64,000 bases of DNA from Euglena gracilis. Lineage: Eukaryota. The position numbers were made by a program, and so were the translations under genes. Position 1 is the first letter of the stretch. Every line of letters starts with the position of its first letter. The DNA lies in NCBI GenBank assembly GCA_039621445.1, contig CP154954.1:8930634-8994633 (forward strand). The letters are read 5' to 3'. Below the pieces are notes generated by a model that saw nothing but the letters and a program-made list of their open reading frames with translations, did not search any database and was not told the DNA's origin. Positions 1-20,400 of this stretch are shown piece by piece.

Positions 1-429
1 TGTACTCTGCATTCAGAGAGTGGCGGGGGGGGTGTTTAAATCCACTCCAGATGTGTGTTGGGGAGGGCTCGTCACCCTCCTCAGGCTGCCTGCTGTTTGC
101 CATTCCACACGGTACACTGCACCCCTCTGTGACACATGCAGGCACAGCATCCCTCCAGTGGCGCATGCCGTCCGCTCCCCATGTGCCTTCTCATAGGCAC
201 CACGGCACCTCACCATGTGGGACCACCTGTGTTTGGGTCTGACGTTTGGGATGGGGTGCTTGGTATGGAAGGGGGGGGGCTGGCTTGCACCCCTTTCCTG
301 CGTGTCACTGGTTTTTAAAGCTATGGAGCGGAGCCCCGCCTCAAGCCTTTCTGCCACAGACCATACCCTCCAGAACAGCCCTCACAAACAACATAAAATG
401 GCTCCTCTCCGAGGTTGCATGAGGCACAA

Positions 430-2760
430 GAATGCGCACGTGCGCACTCTTGAGGCCATTCCTTCGCTGGCTGGCTGTGATTCTATCTGCAGGAGAGCAG
501 GAGGGGAGCAGCGCTGGGCATCCACAAGAGTGCGCACCTGCGCATTCCGTGAGGGGGAGTGCGCAGGTGCGCATTCTCTGTGTGCTGTGTCTCGCACCCC
601 TGAACCCAGTGCCAGCACAGCATTGTGGTAGGGCTACCCCCATGGTGCACTGCTGGCCTTTTTGTTAGCAATTTCAGAGGCATCTCATTGCACAGGAGGA
701 TGCCGCCAGAGTAGGGTGTACGTCTCCTGGGCTGTGCCTCTACCTTGTGTGCTGAGTTGTTTGGCATGGCTCTCTATAGCAACCTCCTACCAGGGTGCTG
801 TAAGGGGAGACACAAGAAGGGAATGCGCATATGCGCATTCACCCCAATGTGCCATGTTTGACTGCAGCCATTGCGGATGGGGTGTGTGGAGAAGGTGTGT
901 GCACATGTGCTTTCCCTGGTCTTCACAGCCGCCAGGGGTTGTGTAGTTTGCAGTGTTGGTGTGTCGACTCTGAGTTCATGATAAAAAAGGGTTCTGTGTG
1001 GTGGGTGACGTTTATTGCCAGCAAGGCCACAGGTGGTGGTCCTCGTCTGCCGTGTTTCGCTCCAGGGCTGTCTCGTCCTCGGACACCATTGGATCCTCCC
1101 AGGGAGGTCTACACTTCAGCTGTGTGGTTTCAAACCCAGGCCACTCGGGGGGGAGTTGGCGTGGGTGGTGGCAGCCCACCTGGGAGTGAAAATATTCGAC
1201 GGTGTGGCTGTCATTCAAAGAAAGGCACAGGACGATTTTTTGCGCATGTGCGCATTCACCAGCTTTTCACTCATGCCATGAAGGACTGCTGACCGCATTT
1301 GGGAATTAGGGTGCCCGTCACCGAGGAACTTCCTGGGGCATTGAAGTCCCTTTCTCATCCGTTTTCCCTTGGTATGACACAGTGGAATACACAGAAAAAG
1401 CAGAACGGAAAAACTTACTTGGTTTATCGGCAAGTTTTTGTTGTGATGTTTTTGTCCCTGTCTCACAATCTCAAGGGCCTGGAGAAATTTTGGGGTAAGG
1501 ACTGACCAGTGGTGTTCGCTTCTTTGAGTCCATCTGGATTGTAAATTAATTCTGTGTTTACAGACCGTTTTTGGGGAATGATGCCGAAGGTGGTGACAGG
1601 CGTGTTTCGCTCTCGAGGTGCCAACCCCATGAGCACTGTGTGTGGTACCAGACACAACCCCCTGCGTTGACCCTAATTGTGGGGCACAGTGCTTCTTGCA
1701 CCTCGTACCGCAGCCCAACGTAAGGTTGTTCAGTGCGACCATTGGCTGTGTGCTGCCATGCACGCTCTGGGGCGTGGGGTTGGACAACGCTGGCACCAAC
1801 CGGCCCACCACCTCCGCTGGGTGGGGGACCGTTGCCTGTGTGTTGTTACGTGCTCCACACGTTCATGAGAGCAACGCAGGCTGGGCTGGGCACTGGACTG
1901 CAGCGGGTGAAGTGGAATGCGCAGGTGCGCATTCTGATTTGCTCAATGATTTGCACTGCAGGGGGCAGTTCCCCTATCACTGAAGGACATGGATTCGTGC
2001 CTTGACACCTGCCATCGCCGAGCCCAGGGTTTTCCACGCCGCTGCAGGTGTGGTGTTCCAGGGTGTGGTCTGGTACCGCGACATGGTTGCCCAGGGTCTA
2101 TTCTCTTGGTTCATCTCCCCCTCACACACCCATGTTCTGCAAGCCCGAAACCACATCATAGCGGTGCACAGCTCGGATTCCAGGCAGGCAAACAACAGGC
2201 CATACCCAGTGTGTCCTTCAACATCAATGCGCGTGTGCGCATTCCCCCTTCCCACAGGCTGTGTCCATTGCAAAAAATGCGCACCTGCGCATTCTTTTGG
2301 GTTTCCAAAAAATGCGCAGGTGCGCATTCTTCGGCCCTGATACTCAGTGACATCCCCATTGTTTTGACCGTGGGAGAGCTGTGTCTCCATGCCTGCAAGG
2401 TGTTCCTTCCCATGCTCATCCCGGGTTCACCAGGCCCTGCCCCCAGGAGCCATCAGCACGCACCGGTGAACACAAGGTGGCACACCCAGGTCCAGGTTGG
2501 TGTGCGTCGTCCGTGTTCCGCATGCCGTGTGGAGTGTGCCCAGTGTGAGTCCAGCCACGCACTGTACCACAGTCGTCGGGAAACAGCTGTAAACAGCATG
2601 CTGCGTAGTTGAACCAGTAAACAAGGGGATGGTCCTTATGGTCGTGTAATATCCAAACAGCTCTTTTTTGTGGTGTTTACCCCCCAGTCTGGAAGAGGCA
2701 TCAAACTATGCAAAATGCGCACCTGCGCACTCCGGGTCCAAAATGCGCGGATGCGCATTT
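430..2760. repeat. Dispersed array of 11 copies of a 20-bp palindrome GAATGCGCA(CC/GG)TGCGCATTC
   Basis: Copies at about 430, 528, 557, 821, 1238, 1915, 2225, 2275, 2310, 2713 and 2741. Confidence 0.85.
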
Positions 2761-3538
2761 TCACTAAAATTGTCATAATTTTGTGACTCAACAAGAAAAG
2801 TGCATTCCCGGCCGTCTAAGAAACACGCGGTGTGGAAGTATCCCCAAGGTCCAACCAACAAAATGTTCGTGTGTAACACGCCAAATTTTTTCCAGGTCCC
2901 CCCCCCCAAGGTTACAACCCTCGGGGCCAAACTAACAGCAGCAGTTTAAGCAGCTTCTGAACCAGCACAAAGAATCAAATCCTGACGGAAAATGCAGTAA
3001 CTGCAAAGACGTGCAGGAGAAAACCAAACCACCAATGCTGGCCTTCCACTGTTCCGTTCTTTAACCCGCTGGATTGTGCGCTTGGGGGGAATCTACCTTT
3101 AGAAGTGAAATTGCCAAAAAAAGTTGCCCCCCCCCCCCATTTGCAAACCCCCCAAGGGACCAACAAAAGGACGATATGAAACCCCCCAGGAAGAAAAGTG
3201 AAAAACGCTGGGGACAATTTTTTTGGCCCCAAACCACCGAAAAACTTGATTTTTGGCAATTTTCATGAGACCAACCACCATGAATTTGGGGAGAAGTGCA
3301 GAGCAAGGACCCCGTCCAGACACTGGTCCAGCCAGTTTTGGAAACCCCAGCCTCGCACAGAAGCCCCTGTCCGTCTCAGCTCCAACAACACAAGGAGAAA
3401 CCTTCACCAAAGTTTGCCCATGCACCCAATAAGGTCCCCCCTGATATTTCCACCAAAATACAAAAAAATCGGGCTTCTATTGAGGGGGGGGGCTAACTGC
3501 ATCCTGCTGCAAATTCTGTGTCAAATGCCTGTTCTGGC

Positions 3539-3798
3539 CAGGGTTTTTTTAGTCGTGGACCCCGGGGGGGGGGGGGGGTGGGTGGGTCCGGCCGAGCCCC
3601 CCGGGGGGGGGGGGTCCCCGGGAGGGGGGTGGGATATACTTTTCGGCGCCGAAGGCGCCGAAAAACTGCTATTTTTAGCACTTTTCGCGATTTTTCGGCC
3701 ATTTTTTTGTGGGTCCCCGGGGACCCCCCCCCCCGGGGCCCCCCCCAGGGGGTGGGTGGGTGGGGGGACCCCCCCCTCCAGTCTTAAAAAAACCCCTG
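3539..3798. mobile_element. hAT-like MITE, family A
   Basis: TIR CAGGGTTTTTT/AAAAAACCCCTG; 8-bp TSD GTTCTGGC/GTTGTGGC; body shared with 49775-50042. Confidence 0.85.
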
Positions 3799-4144
3799 GT
3801 TGTGGCCATGACAGAACCGTCCAAACTCGGGAGCGGAGTGTGGTCGCAAATGCGGGCTTTGCTGGGGATGCCAGAGGGTGGTTTTTGGCCCAAACAAACA
3901 ACCGTAAACCCCTCATTTGTAACCCCCCGGGCTTACAGGTCAGCAGGGCTGTGTAGGAATCCCCGCAACCCCATGGGGGGTTGGGGGGTCGACCACCCCC
4001 CCCACCACCTCCCTCCTGGTGGATGGGGGGGGGGTCCGACCACCCTATTCACCACCACCAGCCCTGTGGGGTCGGCCGAAAGGGAGGTCATACTTTTTTG
4101 GAATGGTGATCAAAATCTGACCCTCCAAATCCCTCCCGATGCAT

Positions 4145-4166
4145 TTACCCTCCCCCCCCCCTCCAG
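4145..4166 (+). promoter_or_regulatory. Probable spliced-leader trans-splice acceptor of the SDR gene
   Basis: Polypyrimidine tract ending in CAG (4164-4166) two bases before the ATG. SL trans-splicing is established for euglenozoans. Confidence 0.55.
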
Positions 4167-4168
4167 CC

Positions 4169-12507
<8,339 letters not shown>

Positions 12508-13907
12508 GCTTGAGGGGACCCTGCCCCCCCGGGGGGGGGGATCCAGCTGGCCAGCACCTTTTTCCAGCCAGCAGCTCCCCAACCAAGCTGTGGACCCCCC
12601 CCCCCGGGATCCGCTGAAAGAAAGGGTGGGCCAGCCCAGGGAAGCCGGGCGGGACCGCAAAAGTTTTCGGCGCAGAGGACCGAAAGTGTCGTTTGAAACC
12701 CGGTCAGAAATTGCCAGAAAAAACAGACATTTTGACAGGTTCCTGGTTTTCACCTCAAAATTTTGGCTGAAAGATCCCAACCATACGCTGAGTTAACCCC
12801 TGCGCAACAAGGATGGATATTGGATATCGGCCCATATCAGGTTTGCCGAAAATCTTGAATTCATCGGGTCCCGAAAAATCATCGTGAAATATCGGCTTTA
12901 TTGGGGGGGGGGGGCGGGGTAACGTACTTTTTTGTTGTTTTTGGCCGATTTTGGGATTCTCCAAATCAGAAAAATGAGGACATCAGGGCACAAAATGATC
13001 ATATCGGTTTTATCGACTTTTATCGAGGATATCAGGGTGTCAATCTATCCAAATTTATCGGCACCCCCTAAAACCAATATCAATATCCACTCTTGTGCGT
13101 GATCCCCCTCCGGCGGGGGATGGGATGATGGGTTGTCAGAGTGGGTGGGTGTGGTGTATGGGCCGTAGGCCCGCTTTGGGGAGGTGGGGTGTTCCATGGG
13201 TCAGCCCAACTCGGCTGAAGAGACCCTTGGGGGGCCTAGGCAGCGTGGCCCGCGGGACCCCACCCAAGGGTCCTTAAAAAAAAAAAACTCCTGACGACGA
13301 CCCGGAGTGACCGTCCGGGTGTTTTCCGCTCGGTCCATCCATATCCCCGACACCCATATGCATCCGCCCGTTTATTGGCTCGTACCGGTCCAGCTGTACG
13401 CTGCTTTGGGTACTCGGCCAGCACGGCTGGGCGCAACTCCTGTGCTGCTGTCGCCTCTTTTTTATCACCTTTGCGTTCGTTTTTCAGAAAATTGCAACCA
13501 TTTTTCGGAGGAATCTCACCTCCAGACTAAAAATCCTGCACCACTACATTTTGTTTGTGTTTGTGATGTCCTTTTAATGGGTGCAGTGTGCATGTGCGCA
13601 TGTGCACCTTAGATTTTCTCAAACGTCTACGCTTCTGCTTTGGGGTTGACAATATTAACCCCCCCTGTCGGGGACACACGGGGTCTTTGACACGCGCCTC
13701 ATGTCAATGGAACATTCAGGAACAATATTTTCAGAGAATATTTTTCTGAAATTTTTGAGATTTTTTTTTGACAAGCAAAATTGTTGATTCTGTCCATCTG
13801 AGCTGTGGATGTTTTTTTCCCTCAAATTTGCTGATTTCGCCAAATATGTGTGCCAAAATTTATGGTACCGTTCCGTTGACACAACGTATCGTCGGCACAC
13901 AGACACG

Positions 13908-13909
<2 letters not shown>

Positions 13910-13991
<82 letters not shown>

Positions 13992-14010
13992 ACGCACGCA
14001 CACACACACT
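13910..14010. repeat. (CA)n microsatellite
   Basis: Directly visible; similar tracts at 6710-6900, 7280-7440, 9555-9785, 38886-38940 and 43073-43350. Confidence 0.95.
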
Positions 14011-14490
14011 TTGTCAACGTCCTTGGATCGTCGTTGTGTCTAGGACAGGGTGGGGTGTCCAGTTTGGGAAATCATTTTTGTAAACCTCGAACCTTGTTGG
14101 GGCAGGGAAAAAAACATAAACAAAAATAATTTGCAACTTTCCAAACATTGAGAACACTTTGTTCTACTTGTTCTGTTGGAACATTTGTGGTATGTCATTA
14201 AAAAAATTACTGAAAAAAATCTGACAAAAACGTTGGTCACAAACGAAAAAAAATGAAAACCAAAATGGGAATTACTCCTAGTGGAAAACATTTCCAAGCA
14301 GAACTTGTGACAGGAAGAAAGAAGCACAAAAAATAAATGAGCACTAATGAGCACAAACCCTAGAAAAATCAAGAAGGCAAAAATGCTTAAAAACACGTGC
14401 ATTATTTCCTTCCCCTCCCTGTAAAATGGTAAAAGATTGCTAATGAGAACCTGATTTCAATTGCAATTCGACCAGCTTCTCCATGACAAC

Positions 14491-17400
14491 CTACCCAAGA
14501 AACAAGATGGGCAACGCACCGCGAGAGGCCAGTGGAAGAACCAGCTCAAGAAGTTTGCGGGTGTCAATGGCTGCAGGCGGGGCCACGGTGCCTGGGAAGA
14601 CAACGTTGGGAGGCAGCGGCAGCGAGAGTGGCTTGATCAAGTGCAGGAGCAGGCGACTGGCAAATACCCACCACCCTCGCCGGCTGATATGGTCATCTGC
14701 CAGCCAAAAAATTCTCCAGTGGGGATGTGTGAACATCTCTGACTTCCCACGCCGGCTGGGTCCCGCCCATCCCCAATGATTCCCTCGCGGGGCTCGGACG
14801 CGAAAAAGCCTGTTTGCCCCACGGAACGTTTCCGGGTCCGGGCCGGCCGACAGTACAGGCGGTGATCGGGCCAACCTGTGCGGGCCGCAGCGGCGTCGTA
14901 CAAGGCACAATCCATCTCCAGCAGGCAGGCCAAGGCAACGCCCACGCCGGCAGCGACCTGGGCCTCCACCGCGTTCTCCGTCCCTGCGGGAGGGAGGTAC
15001 CCAGGGGGGGGGTCGCACCCCCAACCGGAGGCGGAGCAGATAGTGTCGGCACATTTTTCGAAAGAACAAATCCAATACATTGATAATGAATGGATTAATT
15101 AAGTACAGATGTCTCGCAACAATTATTTCGTTGGAGATTTCTTTGCTTTGGGGCCATGGCGTTTGAGATCCAACTGGCCTCTCATGGTTTGACGGCAATC
15201 CCAGAAATCCGACGGGTGGTTGTGGATGGGAGGTCGGCCAACCCCCCCCCCCCAGATCACCGCACCACCCATTCCCGTTTTTTGGGGGGACGATTTTCCT
15301 TGCGAAGGACGTTGGTAAACTGGCCCCCCTAATAGAAGCGCGGGGCCACTACAAGCGCAGGGTCCAAATAAAAGAGCACCTCCGGCTGCCGAAGGCGGCG
15401 GTCCATTTAACCCCAAATAATACACCCCCAAATAATAAACCCCCCAAAATAACAAAACCCCCTCTGAGGACCGACTTCGGCCACCCAAATAATAAACCCC
15501 CCTCCGGCAGGTGTGAAGGCAAAGGGAAATAAAAAAGAGGTCAAAAAAGTCAGCAGAAATGTTGCAAAGAATCACAAAAATTGGTGCAGAAAGTATACCA
15601 AAGAAGGCACCCATTTTTCAAAAAGGCCCAAAAATGCCAAAAAAAAGTGACCATTGGAGCCTGTGGAGGGGTTTTTGGGTCGATTTTTGACTTCGAAAAT
15701 TTTGCCCAAATACTAAACCCCCCGGACCCCAATTTTGAGTGTCCAAATAATAAACCGGGAGGTTTATTATTTGGGGGGGGTTACAACATCTGCCATGGGC
15801 CTCGGTCGTAGATGCGCTACAATGTCCACTGGACAACATGGGGGGACTTTGGGCCAACCTCCCTTGGCCCAAAACAAAATTTTGATGGTTACCCCTTTTT
15901 GGGATTCAGCCACCTGGTGCCCCCAATTAATCAAAATGAAAGTGCCAGGGGGCCACTTTGAGGCATCCGCCCAATTCCGACTCCCGTCCCCAATCCCAAC
16001 CTCCAACACTTGCCCACGCAGGGAATTTCTTAAGCTGGACCCAACCTACCACCCTGGGGGAGGGTCAGCCAGCACCTTTTTTCCAGCCAGCAACTCCCAG
16101 CCGGGCTGCAAACCCCCGACCCAGGAGGGGGGGGGGAGGGTCGAGCAGTAATGAAGTTTTCGAGCCGGGCTGGGACTAAAATTTTGAACAGGGGTAAAAA
16201 TGACCAAACTGTCCATTTTTAAGGGGATTTTTTTGGGGATTGGGGCGTTCCCATTGCAGTTCTTGGGATAATTCTTCCGGTGTGCCGGCGGGAGTGCCCA
16301 AGGGTGTGAAAACATGCGGATGTCAAAAAAAAAACGATTCCAGAAATGGACAGTTTTGGGGGAGTATCTCAAAATTTACTCTAAATTTTAGTCTAATTTA
16401 ATAAATTTAATTAAATTAATTAATCTAATTTAGTCCAAAATTTAGTCTAAATTTAGTCTAGGCATCCCATCTGGATTTGGGTGTTCTCGGTTCCAGCCCA
16501 GTCCAGCCTGGCAGCCAGGTCGGACCAACCCCCTGGACCCCCATTCCGGTGGCTCCCGCCAGTGCTTTTCTTTTTGGACCGCCCTGGGGGGGTCCGTAAG
16601 AAGTTCCCCCCACTCAAAAATCATGGTGTTGTTGTTGTTTTGTTGTTATTATATCTGACAAAGGTTTTTGGGTTGGTGAAATTTGTGCTTCAAATGTATA
16701 TTTGATCCTCTTGCTTTCCCTCTCCTTGCCTCAGGAAGCGTCGCCCTCCATCCACGTATGACCCAGTGGGGGTACCCGTTGTGTGCATTCCCTCTGACAC
16801 CGCCAGTCACCAGCTATTCCACGCCCGGGCCGGTTCTCACACCTCCGGAATGATGCCTCTGCGACCCAGGGGGAAACGGGAATTCTTTTTTTTGCGTTTT
16901 TTTTCAGCCTTTTTTGTTTGGCAAATTTGCATTTTTATTTGTTTTTTTTTGCGTTTTTGGTGGGTTTCCTGGTGATTTTTGGATCTTTGTTGGAAATTTT
17001 TTGACAAGGAAAAAATCCTCTATTTGGCCCCAGTTTTCTCCCGAGATCAAGAATTTTGTCAGTTTTTTTGGCATTTTTGCATTTTAACAAAATGCTTTTT
17101 TATGCAAATCTGCAAAATGGACAGTTTTCTCCAGCAGAGCCGAAAATTTTTACAAGTCCTCTCCAGTGGGAAAATGTATGCCCAGGGGATCTCCTAAAGG
17201 GTTTTACATGCAACTTACGTTTTTTTCGCGTTCAATTGTGTTTTTTTTTTGCTTTTTTGCATTTTTTGTGTCTCGCTTTTTGAGGGTCCATATTGCGTTC
17301 CCCCCAGCAGGGTCCACCACGCAGATTCCAGCACACAACCACCACCACCACCCACCAGCACGCCATAACCACACCCCCCACCCCCGGGGCTGTACGGGAA

Positions 17401-20400
17401 TGCCCAAAACAGATGATTCGCCGCTTCGAGCACCTCGCCGGCGTAAACCCCCCCAATTACAACCCCCCCCCCCAAATAGAAGCCCCCCCCCTCCCCAGGT
17501 TTCCCGCCGAAAATCCAAATGATAGCCCCCCCCCGGCCAAGCCGGCCGATAAAGTTGACCAGAATTTTTCTGAAAAATGGTGAAAAACTCGAAAAATCTC
17601 CACAAAAACAGGTTCACATCGGAACAAAATTGATATCTGGTTTCCTTGAAACATAGCCTATCCACCCAAAACTCGAAAAAATGCATCTTCCAAATTTTTA
17701 AACTTGGACCCCGTTCAATTCCCAGATCGGCCACTGGTACCCAATTAGAAGCCCCCCCCCTCGGGTTTTCCGCAGAGTGACTGAATAGTAGCCCCGGGGG
17801 GGGGGGGGGCTTCTAATTGGGGGGGGGTATGGACCCGGGGGGGGGGGGGTGATATCCACAATTTTTCCACAATTTTCCGCAATTTTTTCCGCATGTTTTC
17901 TGCAATTCTCCGCAATTTTCCGCAATTTCCGCAGTTCTTTTCCCGCAATTTTTCTGCGATTCTCCGCGATTCTCCGCAATTTTCCAACAAATTTCCCGCA
18001 GCTTTCCCATATCCGATGGACCGCCAGGCCGCAAGCCCGGCGGTCGCCCACCGGCTGGGGCAAGCGGCCCGCAGTGGTCCGGCCCCTTCCTGGGGGGCAC
18101 TTTCGTCGGCCCCGGCCCCTCCATCGAAGCCGGTGGCGGCGGAGTGCCGGGGCCCTGCTTCGGCGGCCCCGCCCCTCCCAGGCCTTTCGGCGGTGGCTGC
18201 CCTCGGGGTATCAGCTGCATGCTTGCCCCCCCCACCCAATTTCTTTGAGCAATTCAATTTGACCAAACAAAACCTAAACCACAAAATGCCAACTTTCAGC
18301 GGAAAAAAAATCCGAAAACAGACCCCAATAATAAGAGCCCCCCCCCCTCGGCATTCTTAGGAAAGGAAAATAAACCCCCCCCAAAAAAGTGTGTGAATAG
18401 CCCGAATTGGTTTTTTGGGGGGGTTTGGTTTTTTTAAATTTTTACCAATTTCCAGACACCAAAGGTAGCATTTCCATGACACTTTTGTCCATTAGGATAA
18501 ATCCTGCTTTTGAACCCATTGTCGGACCCTCCTGTGGAATGTTTTTTTCGGCCAACCCCCCCCCCAAAAAAAACAATTGCACGTTGGGATTTCCTTCAAG
18601 TACCCAAAACGTGGATTTGAGTGCTTATTTGGGGGGTTACTAAACTGGCACAATTTTTTGGTGGTTGGCCATGTATTGGCGTTTGGTTTTAGCTTTGGTC
18701 TCCCGAGCTTTAAAACCCCCTCCTAACATCAGCAACCCCCTTCGCTATAAGCAACCCCAAGTCTCAGCAACCCAATCCCCTCCCATACCAGAAGGGGGTC
18801 CGGACCAATTCTGGGGAGGGGGGTGTCCCAGACCCCCCAAAAAGGTCAAATGTTTTCTTGCGGCGATTCCTGCCCAAAATTTCTGCATTTTTGACACAGA
18901 TTTTTGCCCAAAATTGGCATCTCCGGCCGATTTTGGGAGGCCGAATGTTTTTTTTTCCGGCCCAGCGCTTCGTGCCGGACCTAAAATCGGTCCCCCAGAT
19001 CACCCACTGTTTAGTTTAGATGGGTGGGTGTCCCGCCCCACACCCCCCCCCCCCGGACTGGACTGGTCCCACCTGCCCGTATATGACGCAAAAGCTTGTG
19101 CATATGCAATTCAACAGTTTCACACTATGGTCGTGTTGGCCAATGCCCCTGGGGCATCGCCTTTCTTCGTTCTGCACAAAGGAAGTGTTCCAAAAGTGCG
19201 CGCGAAGTTGAATGGCAGTGTTCGTCTCACGGACGAGTCGCCTGCAGCGCAACTCATGTTCTGCCTCCGAGTGCCTTCAGCTACGGCCACAGCCCCAAGC
19301 TCCAGCCCGTCGTTGCGTGGCCGGGTCCCGGTTTGTCCTCCAGGGTGTTTGGCTTGTGTGGCTGGCAAGGGGAGGTTCTTGATATCCGGAATTTTTCGCA
19401 ATTTCCGCAATTTTTCCGCAATTTCCACAATTTTTCCTCAATTATTCCGAAGGTCTCCGATATCAATCCCCCCCCGGGCTGGCCAGCCCTGGATTTGTGG
19501 TTCACCCTTCCGCGATTCCCTCTGGCTTGAGAAATCTCTTTTGTTGTCCCATTCTGGTATGCGCTGATCCTCGCCTTTCCCACTCAGAGCATGTGAATGT
19601 GCGCTGGTGATCCCATGCTCTGCCTCATTTTCACTTCATTATCTGCATCATTTGGTGTGGTTCAGGTTTGGTCGTCGTACCCAAGCCAGGGGGTTAGTGA
19701 AGGATGTAGGGTTCGGGTCAGGACCAGCCAGCCTGAGAGTTCGGCCGCACACGCAACGCACAGTCTCCTTCTTTTGTCATTTTTTGTATGTTTTGGTCAA
19801 CGAAATGCTTGTCTTTATGCAAAATGAGAAAAAATTCCGGCAGAGCCGAAATTTTTCCCAGTTCTCTCCAGCAGAAAGTGTTCATCCCCGGGGGAGCTCT
19901 AAAGGGTTTTACATGCAATTTGCATTTTTGTCTTTTTTGTGTTTTTTTTGTGTTTTTTTGCGTCGCGTTTTTTTAGAGAGTCCGTGTTCCTTTTTCCCCC
20001 TGCCAAGCTACAACCCACCTGCCATTATTAATGTGATGTTATATTATTATTATTATGTGTATTATATATATTACATATAACACTAAAACATACACATATC
20101 ATAAATAACATACAACATAAAAATAACATATGTTACAGTGTTGTGTATAGCATATGTGATAAGTAGCATATAAACAATAAAATTATATGTTTTATATATG
20201 TATATATATTATAAACAATATATTGTATGTTTTTTTACATAATGTATAATGCATTACCATTCTTATTGTAAAACATATATATACATATGTGTGTGTGTAT
20301 TCTCTTCCGTGGGTAGTAAGAAAATCGCAGCAATTGTGTGGGGTTTTGGGCCCCAATTCAAAGCTTTTTGAGGTCAACCACCAAACTTGATTTCCGAACA

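Noticed and set aside
430-2760. CRISPR-like palindromic repeat array
   Set aside because: Spacing is highly irregular (28 to ~680 bp) and orientation alternates.
3198-3956. 252-aa and overlapping Gly/Pro-rich ORFs
   Set aside because: They span MITE 3539-3798 and G/C homopolymers, with no coding signature.
14046-14421. Another CAGGG...CCCTG element as a TSD example
   Set aside because: Flanks GTCTAGGA and TAAAATGG do not match, so it was not counted as evidence.
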